Positions 12,483-24,423 of a stretch of 64,000 nucleotides of DNA are shown piece after piece. The notes below the pieces were generated by a model. That model saw only the letters and a list, made by a program, of their open reading frames with translations, searched no databases and had not been told where the DNA came from. Where the stretch lies: NCBI RefSeq assembly GCF_006345805.1, contig NC_043013.1, positions 58,156,001-58,220,000 of the forward strand, in the 5' to 3' direction. A program made the translations under genes and the position numbers. Position 1 is the first letter of the stretch. Every line of letters starts with the position of its first letter. The DNA is from Octopus sinensis. Its lineage: Eukaryota.

Positions 12483-14218
12483 ATAATATTGTGTGACACA
12501 TTTGTAGTGATCTCTATTTCATTTACTCTTACCAATTTTATATACTTGCATAAAAATTGTTAACGTTAATGTGTATATAGAAGGAAGAGTAGAAGGGGGT
12601 GAGGAGGAAAAGAATAAGAAGAACGCGAAGAAGGAAAGACAAATAAGTAAATGGAAAACAACGACATCAAAAACCAACAGCAGCAGGAATAACGAGTATT
12701 TGTTCGTCAGAAATATTAATACAAAAATATACCTCGTCCCTGATTAAATTCGATGCTCAATCTTATGATGTTTTGACAACGTTGTATGTTGGTGGCGGGG
12801 TGGAAGGATGGTGCGATTTCGACTAATTTTTGTTTACTACTGTTTGTGTGAGTACAAGATGTAATCATGTGTGTATCGCATCTGAATCATTGTTTTGTTG
12901 TTGTTGTGAACTGTTTGTTTGTTGTTAAGGTTCCTCCTTGCAACAAGCTTGATTGAGTTGATTAAACGAAGACAGTTCGATCGATATTTCTATCCGTTTT
13001 TGTTCTCTTTCGCATTTTGAAAATAAGTCCAAATGTTTGGGATCGAATTATGTTACCACTCTGAAGAAAATACTATGTACCATACGGTGTTGGTACATTC
13101 CTGGTTGACGATTTCGTTTTAAGACTTCTGTCAAGAATCTGACATCTTGATTTTATGTAACTTCAACAAATTGCAGTTATCTCGGTTCACTATTTGACAA
13201 AATTTAATTACAATCGTTAACTGTTTCTTTCTTTTCATTAATTATGTAATTTAAATAAATCACCTGTTGAGCCTACAACTTATCAACAGATTTTCCCCCT
13301 CCCTGATTTCACACAGAATCTGTATTTTTCAGACACGGAATGGATTATCATTCAATCATGACAATACTTTATTTCTGCTCAGCAGCTTTAGAAAATACTT
13401 TTGAATTATTCCGTCTTACCTGATGATGTAAATAGCCTCTAACTCATGTTATTAATTGTTTCAACAAGATTAACTGATATATTTCAGATTTAAACACGTT
13501 AATAATGGACAGAAAGCAGACTTAGGGGAGTATATAAAGAGTTGAAGGCTTGCCTGATACCTATTCACGAAACTAATCAAGAACAAGAAAATATGTTGTG
13601 TTTCAGAATGTTAACGTTTTGCTGCGTTGAACAGGTCAGTTGGCTGGTTTAGAGTTTCTGCGAGTAAGTGAACATTGAACTGGCTGGCGACAGATGTGCG
13701 TTTCATGGATTTAATTAGGTCTTCAGATTTCTCACTTTCTTATATACACAGCCAACTATTTGTATATATAAATAAAAACTCACAACACAAACACACTTGT
13801 ACACATATATACACGCACTAACACGTGCACAAATATAACATTTCATGATTTATAATGAAAACTTAGAGAGGAAATACTTGAATCTTTGTGGTTTTTGCTT
13901 TTTCTTCATTTCAATAAATTTTGAATAGTGCTGGATCCAAGGAATTCTTCAAATGTTTTTGCAAGTCTTTGCATGGCATAGAATACAGTTAGTTATCAAC
14001 GGGATGGCATACAAGAAGGATATTACGAATATAATTGAATATTTATCAATGTTTTGATTTGTCCATCACATTAGAAACAGGTAGAATTTTCCCTTTCAGA
14101 TTTACAATTTTCACCGCCATTTCCTCTGTAAGGATCTAAATGGCTGATAACCTAATTCAAGCAGGAAATGCTTTATCATCATAACATCAGTTTCACATGC
14201 ACGCAAACACACATACAT

Positions 14219-14251
<33 letters not shown>

Positions 14252-14265
14252 ATATACATCCCTCC

Positions 14266-14305
<40 letters not shown>

Positions 14306-15009
14306 CATCCCTCTCTCTCTCCATATATATATATATATACGTGTGTGTGTGTGTGTGTGTGTGTGTTCGTTTATTTGTGTGGAGGTTGTCTGTGTGTATC
14401 GTCCTGTTACCTTGGTAACTAGAGTTTGCGATAATGGGCTTGCGTGTTGAAGTATTGTGTTCGCTGCGGACATAGAACATAAATTTATATAAGACTTTGT
14501 TAAGTATATGCAACAAGACACAAGCACTTGACTAAGGAACTGTCCAAATAATAACAAAGATACCAACATCGAGAAAAACTTTCAAATTTTCATTAAAAAT
14601 TCTTTTTAAGCAAAAATAAATGATCAGCCTCTCATTCACCATAATGGATATTTTAAAATTACAACAAAATTCTAATTTTGGAAATTATTAACGTAAACAG
14701 TGAGAGGAGAATCAGATGTTGATGAATTGTTTATAAATATACATATGTATATGTAACATAATGTAACCGGAGTTGGGAACTAAACAGCGATGATTAATGA
14801 AACATATGTTCTAAAACAAGTATTGAGCATACATCTCATATTTTCGATGCAATTGAACGTTCGTATGCGTGTGTGTATACGCACACATACATAACTACGT
14901 ACATATATACTACACATATACAAACATATATAATCGTATATATGATATATATAATATATGTATATACCATGCCTTGGTCTCTTTTATCCTCCTTAAACAA
15001 AGCCCTTAT

Positions 15010-15213
15010 TCTCGCTAGAAATTGCTACCACCTAATGCAACAATCAATGCTCAAGTCTACTATCAGCAATTAGAGCGTTTGAACCTAGCTTTGACGAAAA
15101 CAAGACCCGCTTTAGTGAATCAAAGAGGAGTGATGTTTCATCAGGACAATGCACGACCCCACACTGCAAAGATCACATCACAGAGGATCGAAGAGCTTGG
15201 CTGGGAAAAAATT
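15010..15213 (+). mobile_element. Mariner transposase catalytic-domain fragment
   Basis: LLPPNATINAQVYYQQLERL..RPALVNQRGVMFHQDNARPHTA..IEELGWE contains the HQDNARPH motif. Confidence 0.9.
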
Positions 15214-15253
15214 ATATATAGGGAAAAAATTATAGGCGAAGGGGAAAGAATTA

Positions 15254-15419
15254 TAGGCGGAGGAGTGGCTGTGTGGTAAGTAGCTTGCTTAGGAACCACA
15301 TGGTTCCGGGTTCCGTCTCACTACGTGGTATATTGGGCAAGTTTCTTCTACTATAGCCTTGGGCCGACCAAATCCTTGTGAGTGGATTTGCTAGACGGAA
15401 ACTCAAAGAAATCTGTCGT

Positions 15420-15420
<1 letters not shown>
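15254..15420 (+). mobile_element. tRNA-derived SINE, family B, 5' half
   Basis: ggcggaggagtggctgtgtggtaagtagcttgc...ggttccgggttccgtctcactacgtgg...ttgtgagtggatttg; matches the reverse complement of 29130-29285. Confidence 0.85.
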
Positions 15421-15469
<49 letters not shown>

Positions 15470-16249
15470 ATATATATATAATATATATATATATATACAC
15501 GTATAATTAAGGTGGCTGTTATTCTAGGCAATCTATTATTGTAAATATCGCATGGATTAAAAGACTTTTAAGATATATTAGATTAATGGTAGGATACATA
15601 AAATTTTTTAAATAAAATCAAGAATAAAATAAAATAAAAATAGAGAAAAATTAAATAAATGAGTAAAGACTAACAAAATATAGCTTTTTATTGAGCTAGA
15701 TTAATGAAAGCAATAAGGAACTATTGGGCAGAAAATTAAAATTTCAGATATGCAGCTTTCCCTTGGGGAGATAACGGAAGTAAATATGTTGAGAGGCTCA
15801 TGTAAGAAGAGGTTGTATTAAGCAAAAATAAATGAATAAGAATTAAAAGGAAGTAAATATATGCTTATAAAAGTAATAATAAGGGCTTAACAGGGGTCAG
15901 TTCAACAAGATTAATTAATACTTATTAATAAATCATTTAAATATTTAGATATATTGCCCTCAAAACCGGAAGTGTGGATTTAATAAAGAATAGCTAGAAA
16001 TAATCTAAATTAGGGACATACCAAAGCGAAAGCGAGAGGAAGTAAATATATATTTTATAGTGAATTAGAAAATAGCGTCAGGTATGGTTCCTATAGTACA
16101 ATTAATATAGAGGTGAAGAGCGAATGAAAACCTAGGAACACTCTAAATTAGCGACATACAAAAATGAAAACGGGTAAAGAAAAACATATTTATTTTACAG
16201 AGCATTAGAAAATAGCTTAAAGTTGTGGTTCTTTGAGTACAATTCAATA

Positions 16250-16464
16250 TTCTTTTCTACTCTAGGCAGCAGGCTCGAAATTTTTGGGGTGGAGCCAGTC
16301 GATTAGATCTACCTCAGTAGGCAACTGGTACTTAATTCATCGGCCCCGACAGGCTGAAAGGCAAAGTCGACCTCGGTTGAATTTGAAATCAGAGCGTGAA
16401 GACAGACGAAACACTGGTAATCATTTCGCCTGGCGTTCCAACGTTTCTGCCAGCTCCCTGCCTT
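16250..16464 (-). mobile_element. SINE family A
   Basis: Reverse complement of the family A head, core and tail. Confidence 0.85.
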
Positions 16465-16474
16465 ATAATTAACG

Positions 16475-16693
16475 TACTTTCTACTCTAGGCATAAGCCCC
16501 GAAATTTTTGTGGTGGAGGGAGCCAGTTGATGTGATCGACCCCAGTATGCAACTAGTACTGAATGTATCGGCTCCGAATTGATTAAAAGGCAAAGTTGAC
16601 CTCGGCGGGATTTGAATTTAGAACGTGAAGACAGACGAAATACCACTAAGTATTTCGCCCGGCGTGCTAGCGTTTCTGCCAGCTCGCCGCCTT
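16475..16693 (-). mobile_element. SINE family A (tandem partner)
   Basis: Reverse complement of family A, directly adjacent to the previous copy. Confidence 0.85.
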
Positions 16694-17170
16694 TGTACAA
16701 TTCAATATTAAAACAATAAAAGATATATTATATAATCTGGAGTTGCGCAACTCATGACTATAATATCATTTTCTTTCCTGAAGAAATATAACAAAATACA
16801 ACTTATTGCATTTTTAAAACTTATAATTGATGATTCTAAAATTTCGTTATATTGAAACATGTCTCGAATATCTTTTTGATTAATTTGGGTTATTTTGTTG
16901 ATGCAGTTCCTTTTGTACTTGATCTTATGGGTATATTGTTTATTCTTTTAATTTGCATTACTTTTCCAGTTATAATACAAAGAAATGGATGAAGCATCTT
17001 TCTAATTTTTCTTCTCCATTTTCTTTTATTGACTTTTTTTAACTTTACGCGACTGCTTATACCTATATTTTGAGGGACTTTCTATTAATATATTTGGTTA
17101 AACCCATTTGGTAGCCGGATCGTTTTTAATAATCCCTTACGAGAAAATTGCTTCTTCAAAATCTGTATAG

Positions 17171-17197
<27 letters not shown>

Positions 17198-17201
<4 letters not shown>

Positions 17202-17450
17202 CATAACAGATCGTGGGTAAGGCCAAAACATTACGAAGTAAATGCAAGGTAAATCACTACAAAATACAAAACTAGTATGGGAATTAATGCCGATTGGCAA
17301 CATTCGTCAATTTCTTCAAAATGGTGCCATAATCCTGAAATACTGAACACAAGATAAGTCTACATTAATTCACATACTAGTTTTCTTGTGATTTACCATG
17401 CATATTTACTTCGCATTGTCTTGGCCTTACCCACGATCTTGTATACAATA
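17198..17450. mobile_element. MITE-like element with ~90-bp imperfect TIRs in TA context
   Basis: agatcgtgggtaaggccaa..cgaagtaaatgc..ggtaaatcac..aaaactagtatg.gaattaatg mirrors cattaattcacatactagtttt..gtgatttacc.gcatatttacttcg..ttggccttacccacgatct. Confidence 0.75.
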
Positions 17451-18299
17451 TATTCTACACAATGCTTCATAGTAATTATTCCATTATAATATATATTACC
17501 GTTTATTTATCTACAAGCGATAAATTGACTAATTTAATCCGTAAATATTTAGGTGTTTTCAATACTTAATCTCTGAAAGTTTTTTTAATTGAAATACTCC
17601 AAGTTATACGTTTCCGAGTTTTGACCTAATAACCCGAACCTGCTTTCTGTTGAAATATTTCTTGTTATATGCTGGAATATAATATGATAGTTATAAAGAA
17701 TAGTTATGGATCATGTACGACAATTAGTGAAAAACTTAGAAATTGGAGTGTCTCAGCATATTATGTCAGGCGCTGTCTTTTCCAGAATCAATAAGATTTT
17801 GATGTTCGAAATGATTTGCCAATGCAAGTTTGGAATTTACCGAAGTCCACAGTTGAAAGATAGCAGAATGAAGTCCTATCTTACGATTTGAACACACTCC
17901 AAACTTTAACAAATATCGAAATTTACAATAAAAGTGCGAAAGTATGTCTCTTGCATGAATACCGACAGCCAGAAGATACAAATTATAAAAAAGGAGGTAT
18001 CTTTCGTCTTAAGATAAAGGCAACCCCAAAAAACAAAAAGATGCTAGCATAGAGGGAGATTATAATATGAGTTTCATTTGGCTAAGACTAAACAGAGGAA
18101 AATATTTCATATGTTGCAAACTTTTTGAACATATTGCCAATATGAAGTATGATATTTGAACGAAATGGTTTTTGCTTATTCAGTATATTCTTTAGGAAAT
18201 ATGAGAGAATTTAATCTAGCAGCCAGGTGAACACTAAATCGTTATCCAATTTCTCAGTGAAGTTGGGAAATAGCGCAGTGAGTGGACACTGAGAATGTA

Positions 18300-18910
18300 G
18301 GATGATGATCATCATCAATCATCATTGTTCGACCGTGGTCGAGACAATAGAATTTACCATGCTACGCCAGACTTCACGGTTCATCATGGCATTACGGAGG
18401 TCCTGTTGCTGGATGCCGGTATCCCTGGAGATTACATCAGGGTAGGAGAGTGTGCGCCCTCTGGTACTGCGAGTAGATGGCTTCCAGAGGAGAAGAGGAG
18501 AAATTGCCACGTTTTCAGCTCTCCTACTATTCATAAGAGATGACACAGGTGGTAGTTTCCCATATATTTGCATTTTGCTTGGATGGCGCTTCCACGAGAG
18601 ATTTTGAGCTCTCATAAGGAGGCGAGTGTGGGTTCCATCCAACCGCCTCTCAAGCTTCTTTGATAACGTCCCGGTTTCTGAGCCATATAGTAGAATTTGT
18701 TCGACTGTGGTTTTGAAGATTTCAAGTTTGAAGTCTCTACTTAGATTTGATGACCAGATCTTATGCATGTCATTACAGGCTGACCAGGCCATACCCTTTC
18801 TAGTTAGAAAATCTTTTCCAGATGATGATATGTATGACCCCAGATATTTGTAATCAGAAACCATATTTAAGGGCGCATTGTTGAGAGTATGGATGATGCA
18901 ATCACTGTTG
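18300..18910 (-). mobile_element. RTE-like LINE 3' end (RT C-terminus), 5'-truncated
   Basis: ORF 18322-19005 reads DYKYLGSYI..RKGMAWSAC..ILLYGSET.TLSKKLERRLDGTHTRLL..RGRTLSYPDVISRD..NREVWR, with a (TGA)n-like tail; set in GAT/CAT simple repeats. Confidence 0.9.
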
Positions 18911-19349
18911 GACAGGCACTTGTTTATGTATTCAGTCTTGGCCTCATTGATGATGAAGATAATGATGATGAAGACGATGATCATCATCATCGTCATCATC
19001 ATCATGGATGAAAGTTATCCAGTTAATAATTTTATTTTCTCGCAATTGTGCATTCGATATTTCGCTATATGTATTTGTACAAACAGCAACTCACACTGGT
19101 GCACACAGACACACGCACATGCATACGCGTGCCTATTTATATATATCAAAGTTCGCGTCTAAAATCAGGATGATGAATATGAAGCTGTGACAATGATCAC
19201 ATTGTTTTGACCTAAAAGCAGTGTGACAGTCGCAAGAAGGAGGTGGTAATGTTGGAAGGTTGATAGCGACGATGGCGATGACGATGACAACGATGATGTT
19301 GACAATGATGACAACGCGGATCATGACAACGACGACGACCGCAACAATA

Positions 19350-19382
<33 letters not shown>

Positions 19383-19719
19383 CGTTGATAATTTAACCCG
19401 TTCGAAAGATGCTATATTTCTTGATATTTGTATGAATTTACTTTCGTGTTCCGTTTCCACAAGAAGCTGCAGACAAAATTCTCTCATGTTTAGTAAAGAA
19501 CTGAATCAGCAAAAAGCCTATTTGCCTAGATTTCAGTTGAAGTTTCAGACTCAATTATAATTAATATTGGCAATAGATTCGGAAAGTTTGGCACTGCTAC
19601 GTTTATGGTAGTTGAAAAAGATTTCCAACAGAGACAGTGTAAATTCTTGAACATCCACACACACGCACATATCTGTCTGTCTCCGTATCTTTATCTAACT
19701 ATCTCTCTCTCTCGCTCTC

Positions 19720-19813
<94 letters not shown>

Positions 19814-19814
19814 A

Positions 19815-19855
<41 letters not shown>

Positions 19856-20036
19856 CTGTTCGAAGGCTTATATTTACCTAGTTTCAGTGGAATACATCCA
19901 CTTGTTTTCAATAATAGAAATATTAAAATTACTAAGTCTCTATAAAAGAGATTACGGCAGCGTTTATTGGAAATTAATTGTTATCGCCATATTAATATAG
20001 AGACTTAGTAAACATATATATACGAACATGTATATA

Positions 20037-20094
<58 letters not shown>

Positions 20095-20418
20095 TACATA
20101 TATATATACACATGCATATATATATATATTATATTCAACAATTGAGGGTAAAATTAATTAGTTATTAATCAATTTCACCAAGTATTCAGTATGTAAAGGG
20201 ACCATTTAAGGCGAATTCAAAATATTACATTGTATAAAAGGGCTTAGTAAAATAAATTACTTTGCCACATACTGAACTCATTAGAAATAGCAGCCAAAAA
20301 AAGATTTTTTAGCCATTTCTAATACTTAAAGAAAATTTCTCTCAGATAGTGTTTACTCAAAATAACCCACGAAAGTAGGGGGGTAAAAACATTAAAAAAA
20401 TCACAAGTGCAAAGATTA

Positions 20419-20480
20419 TTTGAGAACGTACGTTTCTAGATCAGCCAAATACAATTCGACATTTCTTTCGTCAGCCCAAA
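20419..20480 (-). ncRNA. Type I hammerhead ribozyme motif (unit 1)
   Basis: Minus strand: TTTGGG CTGACGA a-AGA...TCT-a GAAA CGTACG TT CTCAAA. Stem I TTTGGG:CTCAAA; palindromic stem III ACGTACGT; GTT triplet. Confidence 0.6.
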
Positions 20481-20984
20481 ATTTCTTAATTCGGATTTGG
20501 AAACACTGAAAGTAGGAGCATACCCTTTTGGCGACTTTTAACCTCAGAAGATCCGTTCAAACTAACAGTGCCAACAAATTCAAAATATGCAAGGGAAGAA
20601 TTCCTGCTCTCCCCCTTCCACCCACGTGGGTCAGACTAGTAAACACCATATTTTATCGGTGAAAACCGAGGCATTAAACAGAGAGAAATGAATTATAATT
20701 TCAACAATTGAGGGTAAAATTAATTAGTTATTAATCAATTTCACCAAGTATTCAGTATGTAAAGGGACCATTCAAGGCGAATTCAAAATATTACATTGTA
20801 TAAAAGGGCTTAGTAAAATAAATTACTTTGCCACATACTGAACTCATTAGAAATAGCAGCCAAAAAAAGATTTTTTAGCCATTTCTAATACTTAAAGAAA
20901 ATTTCTCTCAGATAGTGTTTACTCAAAATAACCCACGAAAGTAGGGGGGTAAAAACATTAAAAAAATCACAAGTGCAAAGATTA

Positions 20985-21046
20985 TTTGAGAACGTACGTT
21001 TCTAGATCAGCCAAATACAATTCGACATTTCTTTCGTCAGCCCAAA
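20985..21046 (-). ncRNA. Type I hammerhead ribozyme motif (unit 2)
   Basis: Identical to the unit 1 motif, 566 nt away on the same strand. Confidence 0.6.
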
Positions 21047-21751
21047 ATTTCTTAATTCGGATTTGGAAACACTGAAAGTAGGAGCATACCCTTTTGGCGA
21101 CTTTTAACCTCAGAAGATCCGTTCAAACTAACAGTGCCAACAATTCAAAATATGCAAGGGAAGAATTCCTGCTCTCCCCCTTCCACCCACGTGGGTCAGA
21201 CTAGTAAACACCATATTTTATCGGTGAAAACCGAGGCATTAAACAGAGAGAAATGAATTATAATTTCAACAATTGAGGGTAAAATTAATTAGTTATTAAT
21301 CAATTTCACCAAGTATTCAGTATGTAAAGGGACCATTCAAGGCGAATTCAAAATATTACATTGTATAAAAGGGCTTAGTAAAATAAATTACTTTGCCACA
21401 TACTGAACTCATTAGAAATAGCAGCCAAAAAAAGTTTTTTTAACCATTTCTAATACTTAAAGAAAATTTCTCTCAGATAGTGTTTACTCAAAATAACCCA
21501 CGAAGGTATTAATTTTACCCTCAATTGTTGAAATTATAATTCATTTCTCTCTGTTTAATGCCTCGGTTTTCACCGATAAAATATGGTGTTTACTAGTATG
21601 ACCCACGTGGGTGGAAGGGGGAGAGCAGGAATTCTTCCCTTGCATATTTTGAATTTGTTGGCACTGTTAGTTTGAACGGATCTTCTGAGGTGAAAAGTCG
21701 CCAAAAGGGTATGCTCCTACTTTCAGTGTTTCCAAATCCGAATTAAGAAAT

Positions 21752-21813
21752 TTTGGGCTGACGAAAGAAATGTCGAATTGTATTTGGCTGATCTAGTAAC
21801 GTACGTTCTCAAA
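21752..21813 (+). ncRNA. Hammerhead motif in the inverted copy, core mutated
   Basis: CTGACGA 21758-64 is intact but GAAA reads GTAA at 21796-99. Confidence 0.5.
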
Positions 21814-22005
21814 TAATCTTTGCACTTGTGATTTTTTTAATGTTTTTACCCCCCTACTTTCGTGGGTTATTTTGAGTAAACACTATCTGAGAGAATTTTC
21901 TTTAAGTATTAGAAATGGCTAAAAAATCTTTTTTTGGCTGCTATTTCTAATGAGTTCAGTATGTGGCAAAGTAATTTATTTTACTAAGCCCTTTTATACA
22001 ATATA

Positions 22006-22095
<90 letters not shown>

Positions 22096-22329
22096 CATAC
22101 ATACATATATATATATATATACGTGCATAAATATATTTACATATGCATATATATGTATATGTTACATATCTATTTATGTATATATATGCTTGTACGTGCA
22201 TACACAAACCCACAAATGCATCCTCTCACCAAAATAGATGTCAATTAATGAATGACAAAAACTAAATGAATGACGCAATCACCATAAATTTACAGTGGTT
22301 TTTATTCGAAGAAGCTGACACGTCATCAT

Positions 22330-22790
22330 ATAGATTTTTCGGAAAGACCTCTGTGATGTTGCAGACGCCCACAGTACATGAGGCTGTTAATATAGTGAGA
22401 CTTGAAAGGCAGCTCCTTGAGCAACACTCTTTGTCTGATAACCTAGAATACCTGCCCAAAGAAGTCGCACGACTCTACTGCAACATATCATCAGATAAAA
22501 GGCTGAGCCTATATGAGCAGAAGACTATGCATGAATTTGTAAGTAGAAAGCTCCGTGAAGATAGTAACATCGATCATCAAAGCAGTTTATCATTACTCTA
22601 TCGTGACTGAAAATGTGCAGACTAGCTCGAAACAAAGTCAGTTTCCCGATCCTGTCATCTGCTGGAGGATAGTAGGTGTTCGGTCTCCTGCTAGCAATAT
22701 ATATGTACAGGGTGCAGGTCTGCCCCGATAACCAGCTGGCGGAAGATCTGTTTGGCAATAGACTAGTAGGAACATGAAACAGCTACTTTG
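22330..22790 (+). mobile_element. Possible highly decayed RTE-like LINE 3' fragment
   Basis: Weak resemblance only: KRLSLYEQKTMH..RKL, SSLSLLYRD, RSAPITSWRK. Confidence 0.3.
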
Positions 22791-23089
22791 ATGTGGAGAT
22801 GAAACTTACTTGTTAGTATAGCTATTACTCTCATCACTTCTTCAGATTTTTCAACTAGCTACTTTACTAATTTCTCATGATTGTTATTTAGGCAGATTGG
22901 TATATATCCCAGGGCCCCAATAATTACCGGTATAAATCTGAACTTGTAATCTGGATAGAGTAATGCGTGCCAGCAGCAGCAGCCACGACACGACAGCAGC
23001 AGCAACAACAATAATAATAATAATAACAATAATAATCAGACAGGGGCTCTCATGGCTTCTAATCTGAACTGCCATAAACTAGAGCAAGC

Positions 23090-23450
23090 ATTTAGCTTCG
23101 ACCTTATTAGCTTCCCCACCCTTCCGGTGTACTCCTTCGCAATTAGCTTTACATTTCTATAGTCGGTACTCTAATAGCCTGACATACTTATAACTTTCTC
23201 CTTCTTTTAATGATTTTAATGTCTGGCCATCTGGTAATTGGATGCCTTCACTGGTGTCTACCTGTCCCCTTCTCATGATTAGTATTCCACATTTACCTAT
23301 GCCAAATTCCATGCCTATATCTTTGCTAAAAAGTCTTACAGTCTGTATCAAGGAATCTTTTTCAGTCTGACTAAAACCCTCCGATCATCTATGGAATGTA
23401 AATGATTAATTTTTCCTTTACTATTTCTGAACTGAGACCCTCCGTTTGCT
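23090..23450 (-). mobile_element. R4/Dong-like (RLE-class) LINE RT fragment
   Basis: KINHLHSIDD..IQTVRLFSKDIGMEFGIGKCGILIMRRGQV..EGIQLPDG..ESYKY, then KEYTGRVGKLIRSKLNA. Confidence 0.8.
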
Positions 23451-23466
23451 TTCCTTAATACTAAAC

Positions 23467-23561
<95 letters not shown>

Positions 23562-23568
23562 CATTATT

Positions 23569-24253
23569 AGGCAAGCTGGCAGAGTAGTTAACACGCTGAT
23601 TAAATGTTTAGCGGTATTTCGTCCGTCGCTACCTTCTGGTATAGCACGGCGAGCAAAATGGTTAGCAGCATTTCGCTTTTCTTTACCTTCTGAGTTCAAA
23701 TTCCGCCGAGGTCGACTTTTCCTTTCATCCTTTCGAGATCTATAAATTAAGTACCAGTGAAACACTGGGGTCGATGTAATCGACTAGTCCCCTCCCCCTA
23801 AATTTCAGGCTCTGTGCCTCCAGTTATTATTATTATTATTAAGCGAGCTGATAGAATTGTTAGCATGCCGGGCAAAATGCTTAGTGGTATTTCGTCTGTC
23901 TCTACGCTCTGAGTTCTAATTCCGCAGAGGTCAACTTTGCCTTTCATCCTTTTCAGTATCGATAAAATAAGTACCAGTTGCGTACTGGGGTCGATTTAGT
24001 CAACTCATCTCCACCTCCCACAAGCTATCCATGTGGCAAAAATTTGAAATTATTATTATTAAGGCGGCGTGTTGGCAGAATCGTTAGCAGCATTTCGCTT
24101 TTCTTTACCTTCTGAGTTCAAATTCCGACGAAGTCGACTTTACTTTCATCTTTTCCGGGTCGATAAAATAAGTACCAGTTGCGTACTTGGGTCGATGTAT
24201 TCATCTTAACCCTGCTCCACAATTTCAGACCTTATGCCTATAGTAGAGAGGAT
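23569..24253 (+). mobile_element. Three SINE family A copies in tandem (23569-23823, 23840-24050, 24061-24253)
   Basis: Three head/B-box/core units separated by short (ATT)n tails. Confidence 0.88.
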
Positions 24254-24381
24254 TATTATTATTGTTATTATTGTCGTTGTTAGTAGTGTTGTTGCTGCTA
24301 TTATAGTTTTCATCATCGTCGTCATCACCATCTTTCTCCGCTTTCTCCTCCTCCTCCTCTTTCTTCTTCTTCTTCTTCTTC

Positions 24382-24423
<42 letters not shown>

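Larger units (their letters stand above)
20134..21992 (-). repeat. 566-bp non-coding unit: two full tandem copies, one partial copy and one inverted copy; each full unit carries a hammerhead motif
   Basis: Unit starts ttcaacaattgagggtaaaatt at 20134, 20700 and 21265. The third copy breaks at 21505 and a reverse-complement copy runs 21508-21992. Units differ by only a few bases. Confidence 0.95.

Noticed and set aside
13600-13670. Candidate 57-nt exon (tttcag|...|gtaagt)
   Set aside because: Splice-like signals only; no supported reading frame or homology.
14785-14812. GCGATGA-TTAAT-GAAA-CATATG-TT
   Set aside because: Shares the ACATATGT palindrome with the 50-53 kb hammerheads, but the core is mutated and stems I and II are absent; at most a decayed relic.
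19865-20011. Minus-strand GTGG/CCAC hairpin plus GAAACTAGGTA, and a 16-bp inverted repeat (19929-44 / 19996-20011)
   Set aside because: The CUGANGA box is missing. It is probably a decayed pseudo-LTR but cannot be supported as a ribozyme.
20134-21992. CRISPR array or satellite interpretation of the tandem repeat
   Set aside because: Eukaryotic context, no unique spacers, and only about 2.4 units plus an inversion.
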